Positions 27,913 to 39,698 of a DNA stretch of 64,000 nt are shown in pieces. The translations under genes were made by a program, and so were the position numbers. How positions within the stretch are numbered: position 1 is the stretch's first letter; every line of letters starts with the position of its first letter. Below the pieces are notes generated by a model. It was given only the letters and a program-made list of their open reading frames with translations, did not search any database and was not told the DNA's origin. The stretch is from Candidatus Omnitrophota bacterium. GTDB taxonomy: Bacteria > Omnitrophota > Gorgyraeia > Gygaellales > Profunditerraquicolaceae. Location of the stretch: assembly GCA_041653055.1 (NCBI GenBank), contig JBAZGD010000002.1, positions 13,751-77,750 on the forward strand, in the 5' to 3' direction.

Positions 27913-28719
27913 CTAAGGAATTAAAAGGCGTATTATCTTATCAGACCAAAACAGGGATATCAGCGCAGCTAAAGAAAGAAAAGGCCCGTATGGTATAGTG
28001 TGGTCTTTTTTAGTAACGAGAAAATAAATACCTATGGCTGCGCCGAGAAAAGGAGCGAGGAAAAAAGTCATTACCGACCTTTGCCATCCCAGAAAAGCCC
28101 CTATCATGGCTAAAAGTTTTACGTCCCCTCCCCCCATAGACTCTGTCTCTCCCTGAATCGGAGGTTTCTTAAGAAGCTTGAAATAAATAAGGTCGAATAG
28201 CCATCCGGTAAAATATATAATTGCGCCTCCTATAATAATCCCCAGAAAAGAATTCAGCATCGGCTTAAAGCTAAAAGCAAAAGGATTGATATTAACCCCC
28301 CTGATGGAACTTAAAATAAAACCTACGGCAATCCCTCCGATACTTATTTCATCGGGTATAATCCTGTGGGGTATATCAATAAAGGTGGCAACGATTAAGG
28401 CGCTGACTAATACGATATAAAAGAAAAGGTCGTAGCTTAAGCCGTAACGCATAAAAAGCAAAAGAAAAAGCGAAGCGGTAATAAATTCTACCAGCGGGTA
28501 ACGCAGGGATATCTTCTCTTTGCATATGCGGCATCTCCCCCCTAACAGGATAAAGCTTATAAAAGGTATATTATCATAAGGGGGAATACGTTTCTTACAC
28601 TTCGGGCAATGCGAACGCGGCCAGACTACGGATTCGCCTTTAGGCATGCGGTGTATGCAAACGTTTAAGAAACTTCCCAGAATCGCGCCAAGAATAAATA
28701 TAACTATCATTGCCGTCAT
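27913..28719 (-). CDS. type IV prepilin peptidase (A24 family)
   Basis: Zinc-binding CPKC…CRIC tetra-Cys. Polytopic membrane protein with a D…GGGD(V)KL catalytic region. Confidence 0.85.
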   Translation of the reverse strand: MTAMIVIFILGAILGSFLNVCIHRMPKGESVVWPRSHCPKCKKRIPPYDNIPFISFILLGGRCRICKEKISLRYPLVEFITASLFLLLFMRYGLSYDLFFYIVLVSALIVATFIDIPHRIIPDEISIGGIAVGFILSSIRGVNINPFAFSFKPMLNSFLGIIIGGAIIYFTGWLFDLIYFKLLKKPPIQGETESMGGGDVKLLAMIGAFLGWQRSVMTFFLAPFLGAAIGIYFLVTKKDHTIPYGPFLSLAALISLFWSDKIIRLLIP

Positions 28720-29588
28720 AATACCCTCGCCTTTCTTGGCCTTACCTTGTTAACGCAGGCCTTTTCCAAAGCGCCCTGCATTGCATCTACCGGCGCCTTT
28801 TTCGGACGTAGCCAAATATTAAAAGACTCTACCCCTTGATAAAGAAGCATGCCTAAGCCGTTTGCATGGGGGATCCCCGAATCTCCGGCAAGCTTTAATA
28901 ATTTAGTCTCGCAGGGATTATAAATCAGGTCATAAACAAATAGCCCCGGATGGAGCATCCTCCTATCGATTAAAAGAGGATCATCAGGCCTCATCCCTAC
29001 TGAAGAGGCATTGACTAAAAGGTCTTTAGCGCTTAATCCCAGCTCGCCTATATTTCCTACTGCCTTAAATTTCGTATTCGGGAATATATTATTAAATATT
29101 TTCATAAGGCTTAAGGAGCGAAAATTATCAATATCATAAATGTCTACCTCAGGCACCTTCTTTCTCCCTAAAGCAAAACATACAGCCCTGGCAGCGCCCC
29201 CGGCACCTATTATTGCCGCTCTTCTGGGCTTAAGCCTTAAAAAAGCAATGTGCCTTAGAAACCCTAAATAATCGGTATTAAAAAACTTAAATTTACCGGA
29301 TTTATCCACCAGCAGGGTATTGGCCGCTCCGATAGATATAACCGCGCTATTCTTAGCCCCGGGGATAAGACGCAGGATCTTTTCTTTATAAGGTATGGTT
29401 ATATTCAAGCCGCGGATGTTCCTCTTGCCGAGGCCTGCAAAAAAAGCCCTGAGATCTTTTTCTTCCAACGGGAAGAGTTTATACTTTGCCCTTATCCTAA
29501 GCCTGGAAAAAGCGGCATTATGCATCAAGGGAGAAAGGCTGTGAGAGAGGGGGTTTCCTACTAAACCAAAGGTGAGGTTTTGAGTCAT
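28716..29588 (-). CDS. aroE: shikimate 5-dehydrogenase
   Basis: …FGLVGNPLSHSLSPLMHNAAF…, Rossmann GAGGAARAV. Confidence 0.8.
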   Translation of the reverse strand: MTQNLTFGLVGNPLSHSLSPLMHNAAFSRLRIRAKYKLFPLEEKDLRAFFAGLGKRNIRGLNITIPYKEKILRLIPGAKNSAVISIGAANTLLVDKSGKFKFFNTDYLGFLRHIAFLRLKPRRAAIIGAGGAARAVCFALGRKKVPEVDIYDIDNFRSLSLMKIFNNIFPNTKFKAVGNIGELGLSAKDLLVNASSVGMRPDDPLLIDRRMLHPGLFVYDLIYNPCETKLLKLAGDSGIPHANGLGMLLYQGVESFNIWLRPKKAPVDAMQGALEKACVNKVRPRKARVL

Positions 29589-31090
29589 TTAAGCTCTAAC
29601 CTGTTGATTGCATCCAGATACGCCCTGATTGCCGCTTCAATGATATCGGTACTCGCTCCTCGTCCGCTTAGGATTTTATTCTTGATCTTAAGCTTAAGGC
29701 TTGCCTGGCCAAGGGCATCTTTACCGGCAGTAACTGCCTCCAGGCGGAAATCATCCAACTTAGCATTATATCCGGTAATTTTATCTATTGCCTTAAAGAC
29801 TGCATCCACCGGGCCGTCTCCGCAAGATACCCCGGATACAGCCTTGCCTTTCTTGCTCAAGAAAACATTTGCCCGGGGATTAATCTTGGTACCTGAGGTA
29901 ATCTCAAAGCTTATTAACCCCCATAAGGGCCTTATTATCCGTATTTCATCCTCGGCAATTATCCTTAGATCGTCATCGAAAATGTCTTTCTTCTTATCCG
30001 CAATCTCTTTAAAACGGGCAAAGGCCTTGTTAAGCTTTTCATCATTAAGATGAAACCCCAGGGCCTTGAGCCTGTCGCTAAAGGCATGCCTACCGGAATG
30101 TTTCCCTAAAATAAGCTGGCTTGAAGAGATACCTACATCATGAGGGTCCATAATCTCATAGGTAATACGTTTTTTCAATACTGCATCCTGATGGATGCCG
30201 GATTCATGAGAAAAGGCATTCCTTCCCACAATTGCCTTATTAGGAGGCACGACAAAATCAGTAAGGTTGCTTATCATCCGGGAAGTAGAGAATATTTCTT
30301 TGGTATTTATATCCGTATAGAGGCCGCTAAAAACATCCCTGCGTGTTTTAACCGCCATAACAATTTCCTCTAAGGAGGCATTACCCGCCCTCTCCCCTAT
30401 CCCGTTTATTGTGCAATGCGCCTGGCGAGCCCCGGCTAGAATCCCGGATAATGAATTTGCCACAGCCATCCCTAAATCATCATGGCAGTGTACGGCGATA
30501 ACTGCCTTATTAATATTTGGAACATTATTTCTGATATCCTTAATCAGCGAATACATCTCCTGAGGATAGGTATAACCGGTAGTATCGGGGATATTAATTG
30601 TCTTCGCCCCGGCCTTTATTACCGATTCAATTACCCTATAGAGAAAATCTTTCTCCGAACGAGTGGCATCTTCAGGCGAAAACTCTATATCATGGCAAAA
30701 CCCTCTTCCTAACTTGACCGCCTCAATCGCCAGCTTAAGTATCTCATCCTCTGCTTTCTTGAATTTGTATTTAAGATGGATCTTTGAAGTAGCCAGGAAA
30801 ATATGGAGCCGGGGGTGTTTAGCTGCCTTAGTAGCATTATAGGCGGCCTCTATATCGGGCCTTAAGCAACGCGCAAGCGCGCAGACTGCGCCTTTTTTAA
30901 TAACCTTGGATATCTTAGCGACTGCCTTAAAATCTCCGGGAGAGGCAATAGGAAAACCTGCCTCAATAACATCAACCCCCAGTTTCTCCAGCTGAAACGC
31001 AACCTCCAGCTTTTCCTGGTCGGTTAAAGAACCGCCCGGCGCCTGCTCTCCGTCGCGTAATGTCGTATCAAATATTATTATCTTTTCCAT
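29585..31090 (-). CDS. leuA: 2-isopropylmalate synthase / (R)-citramalate synthase family (with C-terminal LeuA-dimer regulatory domain)
   Basis: …IFDTTLRDGEQAPG… HMGL-like TIM barrel, HCHDDLGMAVAN. 501 aa. Embedded in the ilv cluster. Confidence 0.8.
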   Translation of the reverse strand: MEKIIIFDTTLRDGEQAPGGSLTDQEKLEVAFQLEKLGVDVIEAGFPIASPGDFKAVAKISKVIKKGAVCALARCLRPDIEAAYNATKAAKHPRLHIFLATSKIHLKYKFKKAEDEILKLAIEAVKLGRGFCHDIEFSPEDATRSEKDFLYRVIESVIKAGAKTINIPDTTGYTYPQEMYSLIKDIRNNVPNINKAVIAVHCHDDLGMAVANSLSGILAGARQAHCTINGIGERAGNASLEEIVMAVKTRRDVFSGLYTDINTKEIFSTSRMISNLTDFVVPPNKAIVGRNAFSHESGIHQDAVLKKRITYEIMDPHDVGISSSQLILGKHSGRHAFSDRLKALGFHLNDEKLNKAFARFKEIADKKKDIFDDDLRIIAEDEIRIIRPLWGLISFEITSGTKINPRANVFLSKKGKAVSGVSCGDGPVDAVFKAIDKITGYNAKLDDFRLEAVTAGKDALGQASLKLKIKNKILSGRGASTDIIEAAIRAYLDAINRLELK

Positions 31091-31098
31091 AAACCCTT

Positions 31099-32091
31099 TT
31101 ATTTCTTCATCCAGGGCATCATCTCCCTGAGCTGCCTGCCGACCTTTTCAATCAGATGGTTATCGCCTTCAGAGATGAGCTTATTGAAATTAGGCCTGCC
31201 ATCCTCATTCTCCCTGATCCACTCTTTGGCAAATTTGCCGGACCTAATCTCTTTTAAGATTTTCTGCATCTCTTTACGGGTCTTGGCCGTGATAATCCTG
31301 GGCCCTCGGGTTAAATCACCATAACAAGCGGTATTAGAAACCCCCCTGCGCATTCCGGAAATACCTCTTTCCTGGATTAAATCCGTAATGAGCTTCAACT
31401 CATGCAGCACTTCAAAATAAGCAATTTCAGGCTGGTATCCGGCGGCAATCAGGGTATCAAAACCGGCCTTGATTAATTCCGTAACCCCTCCGCAAAGGAC
31501 TGCCTGCTCCCCAAAAAGATCGGTCTCGGTTTCTTCCTCAAAGGTAGTTTCAATTACTCCGGCAGTAGTAGCTTTGATCGCCTTGGCATATGCTAAAGCT
31601 AAATCCTTAGCATCACCGGTTGCATCCTGGTATATAGCAATCAGGGAAGGGACACCCTTGCCCTCTTCATACATCTTTCTGACTAGGGCACCCGGGCCCT
31701 TAGGCGCCACCATAAAGACATCGACATTTTTAGGCGGTTTTATCTGCCTGAAACGAATATTAAAACCATGCGAGAAACAAAGTGCCTTGCCCTTCTTTAA
31801 GTTAGGCTTAATATCTTCATTGTAAACCTTAGCCTGGACATGATCCTGAGTTAATATCTGGATAATGTCTCCTGCGCTGGCTGCCTCCGCTGCCGAAACA
31901 GGGACAAAACCATCCTGTTTTGCCTGCTCAAAGTTAGGAGTACCCGGCATCTCAGAGACCACAACGCGGCAACCGGAATCTCTAAGGCATAGCGCCTGGC
32001 CACGGCCCTGTATCCCGTAACCGATAATTGCTATTGTTTTGCTCTTTATAAGATTTAAATCCGCATCCGCATCATAATAAACCTTTGCCAT
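31099..32091 (-). CDS. ilvC: ketol-acid reductoisomerase
   Basis: [29 protein letters not shown]… is the class I KARI signature. Confidence 0.9.
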   Translation of the reverse strand: MAKVYYDADADLNLIKSKTIAIIGYGIQGRGQALCLRDSGCRVVVSEMPGTPNFEQAKQDGFVPVSAAEAASAGDIIQILTQDHVQAKVYNEDIKPNLKKGKALCFSHGFNIRFRQIKPPKNVDVFMVAPKGPGALVRKMYEEGKGVPSLIAIYQDATGDAKDLALAYAKAIKATTAGVIETTFEEETETDLFGEQAVLCGGVTELIKAGFDTLIAAGYQPEIAYFEVLHELKLITDLIQERGISGMRRGVSNTACYGDLTRGPRIITAKTRKEMQKILKEIRSGKFAKEWIRENEDGRPNFNKLISEGDNHLIEKVGRQLREMMPWMKK

Positions 32092-32104
32092 TTCTTGATC
32101 CTCC

Positions 32105-32578
32105 TTAATTACTGATTGCTAATTTTCCTGTTCTGACTAATTCCACAATCCCGAAACTTTGCAGTTCTTCCAGCAGGGACTTAATCTGGGGTCCGTTGCC
32201 CACCGCTTCGATTATCGCAATTTTATCCGTATAATGAATAATCTTGCCGACATATTTATTGAAAATCATCTCTAGCCTATCTTTGTCTTTAGGTAAATAA
32301 TTTATTTTTGCCAGAACCAGCTCTCTGTCTATATGTTCTTTCTTGGTAAAATCGGTAACGGTAATAACATCAATTAATTTATTCAGCTGTTTATTTATCT
32401 GCTCTAATATTTTCTCATCCTGGGCCTCAACCACAATAGTCATATATGAGATTGTAGGATCCAGCGTCTCAGAAACAGACAGCGAAGCGATATTATATCC
32501 GCGCGCGCTGAATAACCCTGCTATGCGGGCTAAAACTCCGAATTTATTCTCCACTAGTACCGATATCGTATGTCTCAT
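32105..32578 (-). CDS. ilvN: acetolactate synthase small (regulatory, ACT) subunit
   Basis: [30 protein letters not shown]… is the IlvN/IlvH signature. Confidence 0.85.
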   Translation of the reverse strand: MRHTISVLVENKFGVLARIAGLFSARGYNIASLSVSETLDPTISYMTIVVEAQDEKILEQINKQLNKLIDVITVTDFTKKEHIDRELVLAKINYLPKDKDRLEMIFNKYVGKIIHYTDKIAIIEAVGNGPQIKSLLEELQSFGIVELVRTGKLAISN

Positions 32579-32627
32579 CTTTTCCTGATTCTGAGGAGTG
32601 TCCCTTTGGGGAGCGTCCCCAAGGTTT

Positions 32628-34295
32628 TTAGGCTAAGCCGTCGATCATATTATTAATTGCCTGCCCGGCAGGCACCATCGGCCAAACATTTTCTTCCGGC
32701 TCGATGATAAATTCCACAAAAACCGTATTATTTGTTCTTATTGCCCTCTGCAGAGCCTTACGGACATCCTCCTTCTTGGTTACCCGTATCCCAACAGCCC
32801 CGTAACTCCGGGCCAGTTTTACGAAATCAGGGCTGGTAATCGGAGTATGGGAATAACGTTTCTTGTAAAATAATTCCTGCCATTGCCTCACCATCCCCAA
32901 GAAACCGTTATTAAAAATCAATACCTTAACATTAATTTTATTAGCCACGCAGGTGGCCAGTTCCTGGATATTCATTTGGATAGACCCATCGCCCGCGATA
33001 TTGAATACTTCTTTCCCGGGCGATCCCATCTTTGCCCCCATTGCGGCAGGAAAACCAAACCCCATCGTGCCTAATCCGCCGCTGGAGATCCATGTCCTGG
33101 GGCTTAAATGCTTATACCACTGGCATGCCCACATCTGGCTTTGCCCCACTTCAGTGCAGATGATCGCATCGCCCTTAGTTAATTCCCATAGCTGCTCTAG
33201 TATAAACTGGGGCTTAATCAACTTATCCCCTTTTTCATAGGTTAACGGGTGTTTTTTCTTCCAGGCGTCAATAGTCTTAAGCCACAAAGCAGTATCCGGT
33301 ATCTTCTTAATCCCTCCCAGCAACTCTGCGAGAATATTCCCGGCATCGCCGACTATCGGAATATCCACCCGCACATTCTTGCTGATTGAAGAAGGATCAA
33401 TATCAATATGTATAATCTTTGCATACGGAGCAAAATGATCAAGCCTTCCGGTTACCCGGTCATCAAAACGTGCGCCCACGGCAATAATCAAATCTGCTTC
33501 CATGGTGGCATGGTTAGCATAAGCAGTGCCGTGCATTCCAAGCATCCCCAAATATAGCTTATGGGTGGCCGGAAAAGAACCCAACCCCATGAAAGTAGTG
33601 GTTACCGGGGCCTGAATCTTTTCCGCCAATTCTTTTAACGCCAAACTAGCCCCTGCGGTAATTACTCCGCCGCCGGCATAAATGAGAGGTTTCTTAGCCT
33701 GGGATATAAGCCTTGCCGCTTTTTTTATCTGCCCGGGATGGCCAAAATAAGTAGGCTGATAACTGCGTATCTTTACCTCTTCCGGCCAAATAAAATCCGC
33801 CTCTGCTCGCTGTATATCAACGGGAATATCAATAAGCACAGGGCCCGGCCGGCCGCTGGAGGCGATATAAAAAGCCTCGGCAATAGTCCGGGCTAAATCC
33901 CTGACATCCTTCACTAAAAAGTTATGCTTGGTTATAGGGCGCGTAATTCCGGTTACATCCGCCTCCTGGAAAGCATCATTACCGATAAGATGAGTGCCGA
34001 CCTGCCCGGTTATAGCAACCATAGGTATGGAATCCATATAGGCGTTGGCAATGCCTGTAACTAAATTTGTCGCTCCCGGCCCTGAAGTAGCAAGGCATAC
34101 CCCGACCTTTCCGGTTGCGCGGGCATAACCATCAGCTGCATGCGCGGCCCCCTGTTCATGGCGGGTCAGGATAAATTTAATATCAAAATCATAAAGAGAA
34201 TCAAAAATAGGCAGCACCTGGCCTCCGGGGTAACCGAATATAACCTCTACCCCCGCGCGCCTTAAAGATTCCAGTAAAATTTGCGAACCCTTCAT
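32628..34295 (-). CDS. ilvB: acetolactate synthase large subunit (TPP/FAD)
   Basis: …GSQILLESL…GYPGG…, [12 protein letters not shown]. Confidence 0.9.
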   Translation of the reverse strand: MKGSQILLESLRRAGVEVIFGYPGGQVLPIFDSLYDFDIKFILTRHEQGAAHAADGYARATGKVGVCLATSGPGATNLVTGIANAYMDSIPMVAITGQVGTHLIGNDAFQEADVTGITRPITKHNFLVKDVRDLARTIAEAFYIASSGRPGPVLIDIPVDIQRAEADFIWPEEVKIRSYQPTYFGHPGQIKKAARLISQAKKPLIYAGGGVITAGASLALKELAEKIQAPVTTTFMGLGSFPATHKLYLGMLGMHGTAYANHATMEADLIIAVGARFDDRVTGRLDHFAPYAKIIHIDIDPSSISKNVRVDIPIVGDAGNILAELLGGIKKIPDTALWLKTIDAWKKKHPLTYEKGDKLIKPQFILEQLWELTKGDAIICTEVGQSQMWACQWYKHLSPRTWISSGGLGTMGFGFPAAMGAKMGSPGKEVFNIAGDGSIQMNIQELATCVANKINVKVLIFNNGFLGMVRQWQELFYKKRYSHTPITSPDFVKLARSYGAVGIRVTKKEDVRKALQRAIRTNNTVFVEFIIEPEENVWPMVPAGQAINNMIDGLA

Positions 34296-35944
34296 TTTAA
34301 AACTGCTCCCTTATCTGCCGATGTAACTAATCTGGTATACCTGGATAAATAACCTGTTTTAATCTTAGGCTCCACAGGCTTCCAGCTCTTAAATCTCTTT
34401 GTTATCTCCTCTTTGCTTACCTTAAGATTCAGCTTACGCGCAGGAATATCTATTTCTATAATATCGCCTTCTTTTATTATCGCAATCGGCCCGCCGGAAG
34501 AAGCCTCAGGAGAAATATGCCCGATACAGGGCCCTTTTGTGCCGCCGGAAAACCTGCCGTCGGTGATCAAGGCTACTGAATCTGCCAAACCTAAACCTAC
34601 TATCGAAGCGGTAGGGGCAAGCATCTCGCGCATCCCGGGCCCCCCCGCAGGGCCTTCATAGCGGATAACCACAACATCCCCGGGCTTAATCTTCTTGTTC
34701 ATAATCGCCTTCATTGCCTCTTCTTCGCGGTTAAATACCCGCGCCCGACCGGAAAACTTCATCATCTTTTCATTTACCCCGGATTGCTTAACAACTGCCC
34801 CATCCGGCGCGATATTCCCGTAAAGAACAGCAATACCACCCTGTTTATGGTATGCCTTAGAGAAAGGCCGGATAACATCTTCGTCATAAATTACCGCATT
34901 ATCGGCTATCTCAAATGTTTTCTGGCCGTTTACATTCAAGGTATTGTTCAATTTCCGCTTCAGCCTTTTTAATACCGCAGGAATACCCCCTGAATATTCA
35001 ATATCTTCCATAAGATGCGTTCCCGCAGGCTCAATACTGGAGATATGGCAGACACCCTTGCTTATCCTATCGAAGGTCTTTAAATCTAAATCAATCCCTG
35101 CCTCATGCGCAATAGCCATAAGGTGCAAAACCGTATTGCTTGAGCCTCCTAAACCCATATCAACAACAATAGCATTCTCCAGGGACTTTCTGGTAATAAT
35201 ATCTCTGGGCTTAATATCCTTTCTTACCAATTCCACGATCCTCTCCCCGCTTTCTTGCGCGATCCTTCTTTTCTTGGCCGAACCGGCTAAAGCCGTCCCG
35301 CAACCGGGTATAGACATCCCCATTGTTTCAGTAAGGCAAGCCATGGTATTTGCAGTATACAAACCCTGGCAGGAGCCCTGCCCGGGACAAGCCTCCATCT
35401 CAAGGCAGGATAACTCCTTCATAGAGATATCGCCCTTTTTAGCCCTGGCCATCCCTTCATAGGTATCGTGGACAAAGGCCAGCCTTTTTTTATTCCAATG
35501 GCCTCCTAACATCGGGCCGGCAGTCACAATAATCGCCGGAATATTAAGCCTGGCTACCCCCATAAGCATACCCGGGGTAATCTTATCACAGTTAGTAAGG
35601 CATACAATACCGTCAAGCTGATGGGCATTGCAAACGGTTTCAATTGTATCAGCGACGATCTCGCGAAGCGCCATAGGATAGCACATCCCCAAATGCCCCA
35701 TAGCAACCCCGTCGCAGATACCGGGTATCCCGAAGAAAAAAGGAGTGCCTTTTCCATAGCAGACCCCGCGTTCGATAAAACGCTCTAAATCGCGCATCCC
35801 CACATGCCCGGGGATAAGATCTGTAAAAGATGTAGCAACGCCGATAAAAGGCCTGGCCAGATCCTTATTGGATAAACCCGTAGCATGCAAAAGCGCCCTA
35901 TGCGGCACCCTTTCCAAGCCCTTCTTTATTTTATCCGACCGCAT
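34292..35944 (-). CDS. ilvD: dihydroxy-acid dehydratase
   Basis: …[10 protein letters not shown]…, C…C cluster ligands, …SGGTKG… are IlvD/EDD family motifs. Confidence 0.9.
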   Translation of the reverse strand: MRSDKIKKGLERVPHRALLHATGLSNKDLARPFIGVATSFTDLIPGHVGMRDLERFIERGVCYGKGTPFFFGIPGICDGVAMGHLGMCYPMALREIVADTIETVCNAHQLDGIVCLTNCDKITPGMLMGVARLNIPAIIVTAGPMLGGHWNKKRLAFVHDTYEGMARAKKGDISMKELSCLEMEACPGQGSCQGLYTANTMACLTETMGMSIPGCGTALAGSAKKRRIAQESGERIVELVRKDIKPRDIITRKSLENAIVVDMGLGGSSNTVLHLMAIAHEAGIDLDLKTFDRISKGVCHISSIEPAGTHLMEDIEYSGGIPAVLKRLKRKLNNTLNVNGQKTFEIADNAVIYDEDVIRPFSKAYHKQGGIAVLYGNIAPDGAVVKQSGVNEKMMKFSGRARVFNREEEAMKAIMNKKIKPGDVVVIRYEGPAGGPGMREMLAPTASIVGLGLADSVALITDGRFSGGTKGPCIGHISPEASSGGPIAIIKEGDIIEIDIPARKLNLKVSKEEITKRFKSWKPVEPKIKTGYLSRYTRLVTSADKGAVLK

Positions 35945-35974
35945 TATCTACTCCCCTCCTTCCGGACAACTGGC

Positions 35975-37300
35975 CTAATCCGCTCCTTCTCCGTCATGTA
36001 CAACCTCTTTTGCCTCTTTGCGGCTGCGCACAATCACGCGCTTTAAAGTTACATATTTCTCGACTATGCCCTTATTATTCACGCAATCAAGCTGCTTAAA
36101 AAGAAAATCGAACTTTTTCTCGATCTCAAATGCGATTTTATCGCGCGCATCCGCAGAAAGCCCCATAATCTCTTTCTTAAAAGGCCCTAAAGCCTTTTTG
36201 CGGGTCTTATAAAAGAACTGCTCGTCGGTCTCCCCCTCTTTACGTTCGGATGCAGCATTGGTTTTTAACCATTCATAAATCTTATTTCTCAGTTCTGACG
36301 GGAAATGCACGCTGTCAAACATCATATTCTGGAAACCCGTAGCCAGATGGACCTCAAGGGTGTCATTCTCCGGGAACTTATGGAACATATCCTCGGGTAA
36401 GGTAGATGCGCCATGCTGAACCGCGCCCCCTATGCCAAACTCTTCCTTTGCCATCCCGGAAATTGTCTTTAAGGTATCAAAATCCAGTTTTACCTCGGCA
36501 ATACTTCCGTCAGCTTTAACCACGCCGCCGTGAGAGGTGCCGGTTTGTATGGATATCTTGCTTATGCCCGCCAACCCCTTACGCAGCCTTTCATTATAAC
36601 CTTCCATAAAAGCGCGCAGGTCTTCAGGCGTTGAATTTGTATGGCCTACCTCTCCGATCTCCCCGCCCACAGAAACAGTAACGCCCTTAGGCTCAATCCT
36701 GCGGATAAACTGCGTTAGCTTTGCACAAACCTCATAATTATCCTTTTGCTGCTTTTTTATCTCCTTCTTTGATAAATCTACCAAGGTTGAAGAATCAATA
36801 TCAATATTATAAAAACCGCAGGATATCGCGTCAGCAATTAAATCCCGCAGGGCCTGCATCTCTTTTTCCGGGGCCTCCTTAAATTTCTTAAGGTTAACCT
36901 GGGTATGGTCGGCCTGAATAAATACCGCCCCATTCCATCCCTCCCTTATGGCTGCAGCTAAAATAACGCCCGTAAACTCCGCGGGAGGTTGAGAGGTATA
37001 ACCCATCTCAGATTTCGCAATCTCAAAAATAAACGCCCCGCTGTTATTCTTTAAGGCGGTCCGGAAAATAGCGCGGGCCAGATCATAAGACATGCTTCTT
37101 AAATTGATCGCCGGCACCGTAAAACCGCGAACCTCTCCCCTGCCCGCTGCCATATAAAGCTCATGAATGCTGGAAGGATAAATACCTTTTTTATAAGCCA
37201 TCCCCAGAATTTTCTTAGATAATCCCTTTTTAGTTAAGGCATCATCAGTAAGTATTAATTCCATAACAATCTTATCAATGCTTAAAGTCTTTCTACCCAT
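35975..37300 (-). CDS. GatZ/KbaZ-like class II ketose-bisphosphate aldolase family protein (possible tagatose/fructose-phosphate aldolase or epimerase subunit)
   Basis: 441 aa. …FEIAKSEMGYTSQPPAEF…FIQADH… parallels the GatZ pattern (EATSNQV…GYTGMTPADF…GGDH). Adjacent to pfkA. Confidence 0.5.
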   Translation of the reverse strand: MGRKTLSIDKIVMELILTDDALTKKGLSKKILGMAYKKGIYPSSIHELYMAAGRGEVRGFTVPAINLRSMSYDLARAIFRTALKNNSGAFIFEIAKSEMGYTSQPPAEFTGVILAAAIREGWNGAVFIQADHTQVNLKKFKEAPEKEMQALRDLIADAISCGFYNIDIDSSTLVDLSKKEIKKQQKDNYEVCAKLTQFIRRIEPKGVTVSVGGEIGEVGHTNSTPEDLRAFMEGYNERLRKGLAGISKISIQTGTSHGGVVKADGSIAEVKLDFDTLKTISGMAKEEFGIGGAVQHGASTLPEDMFHKFPENDTLEVHLATGFQNMMFDSVHFPSELRNKIYEWLKTNAASERKEGETDEQFFYKTRKKALGPFKKEIMGLSADARDKIAFEIEKKFDFLFKQLDCVNNKGIVEKYVTLKRVIVRSRKEAKEVVHDGEGAD

Positions 37301-37331
37301 CTTATCTGCCTGCTCCTTTCATGATCAGCCC

Positions 37332-38291
37332 TTAGGTAAGGGTTTTAATAAGATTATACCAATACTCAGCCCTTATTTCCTTCTTTTTTATAGCGGTGGC
37401 AAAATCTACCTCGTTAATCTTACCGCAACATAAACCTACGGCTATATTCTTCCGCCCCTTCAGCAGTGAATCTACCGCTGCCTCGCCTAAACGCAAAGCC
37501 AAATCCCTGCTGAAAGCGGTCGGCCTACCCCCTCTTTGGACATGGCCCAATACTACGGCACGGGTTTCAAGGGAGGTAAACTCGGTTATTTTGTTTGCTA
37601 TATCAATTGCGCTTCCTGCGCCTTCCGCCACTACCACAATCCAGCTTAATTTACCGCGTATATTCCCCTGGACAATATCATGGCACATCCTCTCCCAGTC
37701 AGGCCTTAATTCTGGTATAAGCACATCTTCGCATCCGCCTGCTAAGGCAACTGAAAGGGCAATAAAACCGCAGTCTCTACCCATTACCTCAATAACAAAT
37801 ATCCTCTCCATGCTGGTTGCGGTATCGCGGATATTATCTACTGCCGCTAACGCGGTATTAATGGCAGTATCTGAACCTATAGTTAAATCTATGCCGTTTA
37901 TATCATTATCTATCGATGCGGGGATACCCACACAAGCCACATTATAGGCCTCTCCAAAATGATGTGCTGCGGTGAAGCTCCCGTTACCACCGATAACCAC
38001 CAGCCCGTCGATAGCGTTCTTCTTTATAGTGTTAAACGCCCGGTCCTGATACTCCTTCTTCGCAAATTCAGGGCAACGGCCGGTCTTTAAGATTGTCCCC
38101 CCCTGGCTGATTATGCCGGATACCGAATGGTGCTCAAACTCCTTTAACTCTTCATTAATCAACCCCCACCATCCGCGCATTATCCCTAAAACTTTCAAAT
38201 TCTTAGAGATTCCGTAACGCACAACCGAACGTATCGCCGGATTCATCCCCGGGGCGTCTCCTCCCGTAGTCAATACTGCTATCCTCTTCAT
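37332..38291 (-). CDS. pfkA: ATP-dependent 6-phosphofructokinase
   Basis: MKRIAVLTTGGDAPGMN…, GGNGS, MGR are PFK-A family motifs. Confidence 0.9.
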   Translation of the reverse strand: MKRIAVLTTGGDAPGMNPAIRSVVRYGISKNLKVLGIMRGWWGLINEELKEFEHHSVSGIISQGGTILKTGRCPEFAKKEYQDRAFNTIKKNAIDGLVVIGGNGSFTAAHHFGEAYNVACVGIPASIDNDINGIDLTIGSDTAINTALAAVDNIRDTATSMERIFVIEVMGRDCGFIALSVALAGGCEDVLIPELRPDWERMCHDIVQGNIRGKLSWIVVVAEGAGSAIDIANKITEFTSLETRAVVLGHVQRGGRPTAFSRDLALRLGEAAVDSLLKGRKNIAVGLCCGKINEVDFATAIKKKEIRAEYWYNLIKTLT

Positions 38292-38429
38292 AACCCTTCT
38301 ATCTCCATATCGCGGGGATGCTCAATAATATAATTATAGAATATTTCCTTCTTTTCTTCAGGCTTAAGGTTGAATTCCCGCACCCGGATGCCCCTTTTTA
38401 ATATCGTTATTATTTTCAAGGGTTGCTTA

Positions 38430-39686
38430 TCAAGTCCCCATCTCCCAGCTTGCCAGGTACTTCTTCTGCTGCAAGGTCAATACATCTATTTTAACCCCTA
38501 ATGATTTTAATTTCAAGAAGGCAATATTCTTATCGATATTTTCAGGTACGCTGTAAACCTGCTTCTTTAGCTTTTTATAATTATTCGCCATATATTCGGC
38601 TGAAAGCGCCTGATTTGCAAAAGACATATCCATCACTGATGCCGGATGCCCCTCTGCTGCGGCTAAATTAATAAGCCTGCCCTCTCCCAAAAGATATATC
38701 CTGCGGCCGTCTTTCAAGGTATATTCTTCCACAAAATCACGGATTACCTTCTTAGACTTAGAGAGCAGCTTCAGCCCTTCGATATCCAACTCAACATTAA
38801 AATGCCCCGAGTTAGAAACTATTGCGCCGTCCTTCATCACCTTAAAATGCTCCCTGCGTATGACATTAATATCTCCGGTGACGGTTACAAAGATATCGCC
38901 GATTCTCGATGCCTGCATTATCGGCATGACTTCAAAACCGTCCATTACTGCCTCTAAGGCACGCAGGGGGTCTATCTCTATAACTATTACCTTGGCGCCC
39001 ATTCCCTTGGCACGCATAGCCACACCCTTACCGCACCAGCCGTATCCGGCAACTACAAAATTACTTCCGGCGATAAGCTTATTGGTAGCGCGGATAATAC
39101 CATCAAGGGTAGACTGGCCGGTTCCGTAACGATTATCAAATAAATGCTTGGTCAAGGCATCGTTTACCGCAATAATCGGATAACGGAGCTTATTTTCACT
39201 GGCAAGGGCCTTTAACCTGATTACGCCGGTAGTAGTTTCTTCAGTCCCTCCGATGATATTGCCGTGCAAATGAACAGGGCGCTGATGTATCGTGCTGACC
39301 AGATCAGCCCCGTCATCCATAGTGATATCCGGCTTTACCTCTAGCGCAGATTTAATATGGCTGTAATAAGTCTTGGTATCTTCTCCTTTTATGGAAAAGA
39401 CTGAAACCTTAAGGTTTTTGACCAAAGACGCGGCAACGTCATCCTGGGTTGAAAGAGGATTAGACGCGCAAACAAAAACTTCAGCCCCGCCCGCCTTAAG
39501 GACTTCTGCCAAAACACCCGTCTCTGTAGTCACATGTAAACAAGCAGCCACCTTTAAGCCCTTCAGCGGCTTCTCCTTCAAAAACCTTTGTTTTATTAAG
39601 TTTAAGACCGGCATATTATTACTTGCCCATTCGATTCTTAATGCCCCTCTCCTGGCTAACCCGATATCCTTAACATCATATTTCAT
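38430..39686 (-). CDS. ahcY: adenosylhomocysteinase
   Basis: …MPVL…[11 protein letters not shown]…, NAD-binding GYGWCGKG. Confidence 0.9.
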   Translation of the reverse strand: MKYDVKDIGLARRGALRIEWASNNMPVLNLIKQRFLKEKPLKGLKVAACLHVTTETGVLAEVLKAGGAEVFVCASNPLSTQDDVAASLVKNLKVSVFSIKGEDTKTYYSHIKSALEVKPDITMDDGADLVSTIHQRPVHLHGNIIGGTEETTTGVIRLKALASENKLRYPIIAVNDALTKHLFDNRYGTGQSTLDGIIRATNKLIAGSNFVVAGYGWCGKGVAMRAKGMGAKVIVIEIDPLRALEAVMDGFEVMPIMQASRIGDIFVTVTGDINVIRREHFKVMKDGAIVSNSGHFNVELDIEGLKLLSKSKKVIRDFVEEYTLKDGRRIYLLGEGRLINLAAAEGHPASVMDMSFANQALSAEYMANNYKKLKKQVYSVPENIDKNIAFLKLKSLGVKIDVLTLQQKKYLASWEMGT

Positions 39687-39698
39687 TATTTCTCCTTT

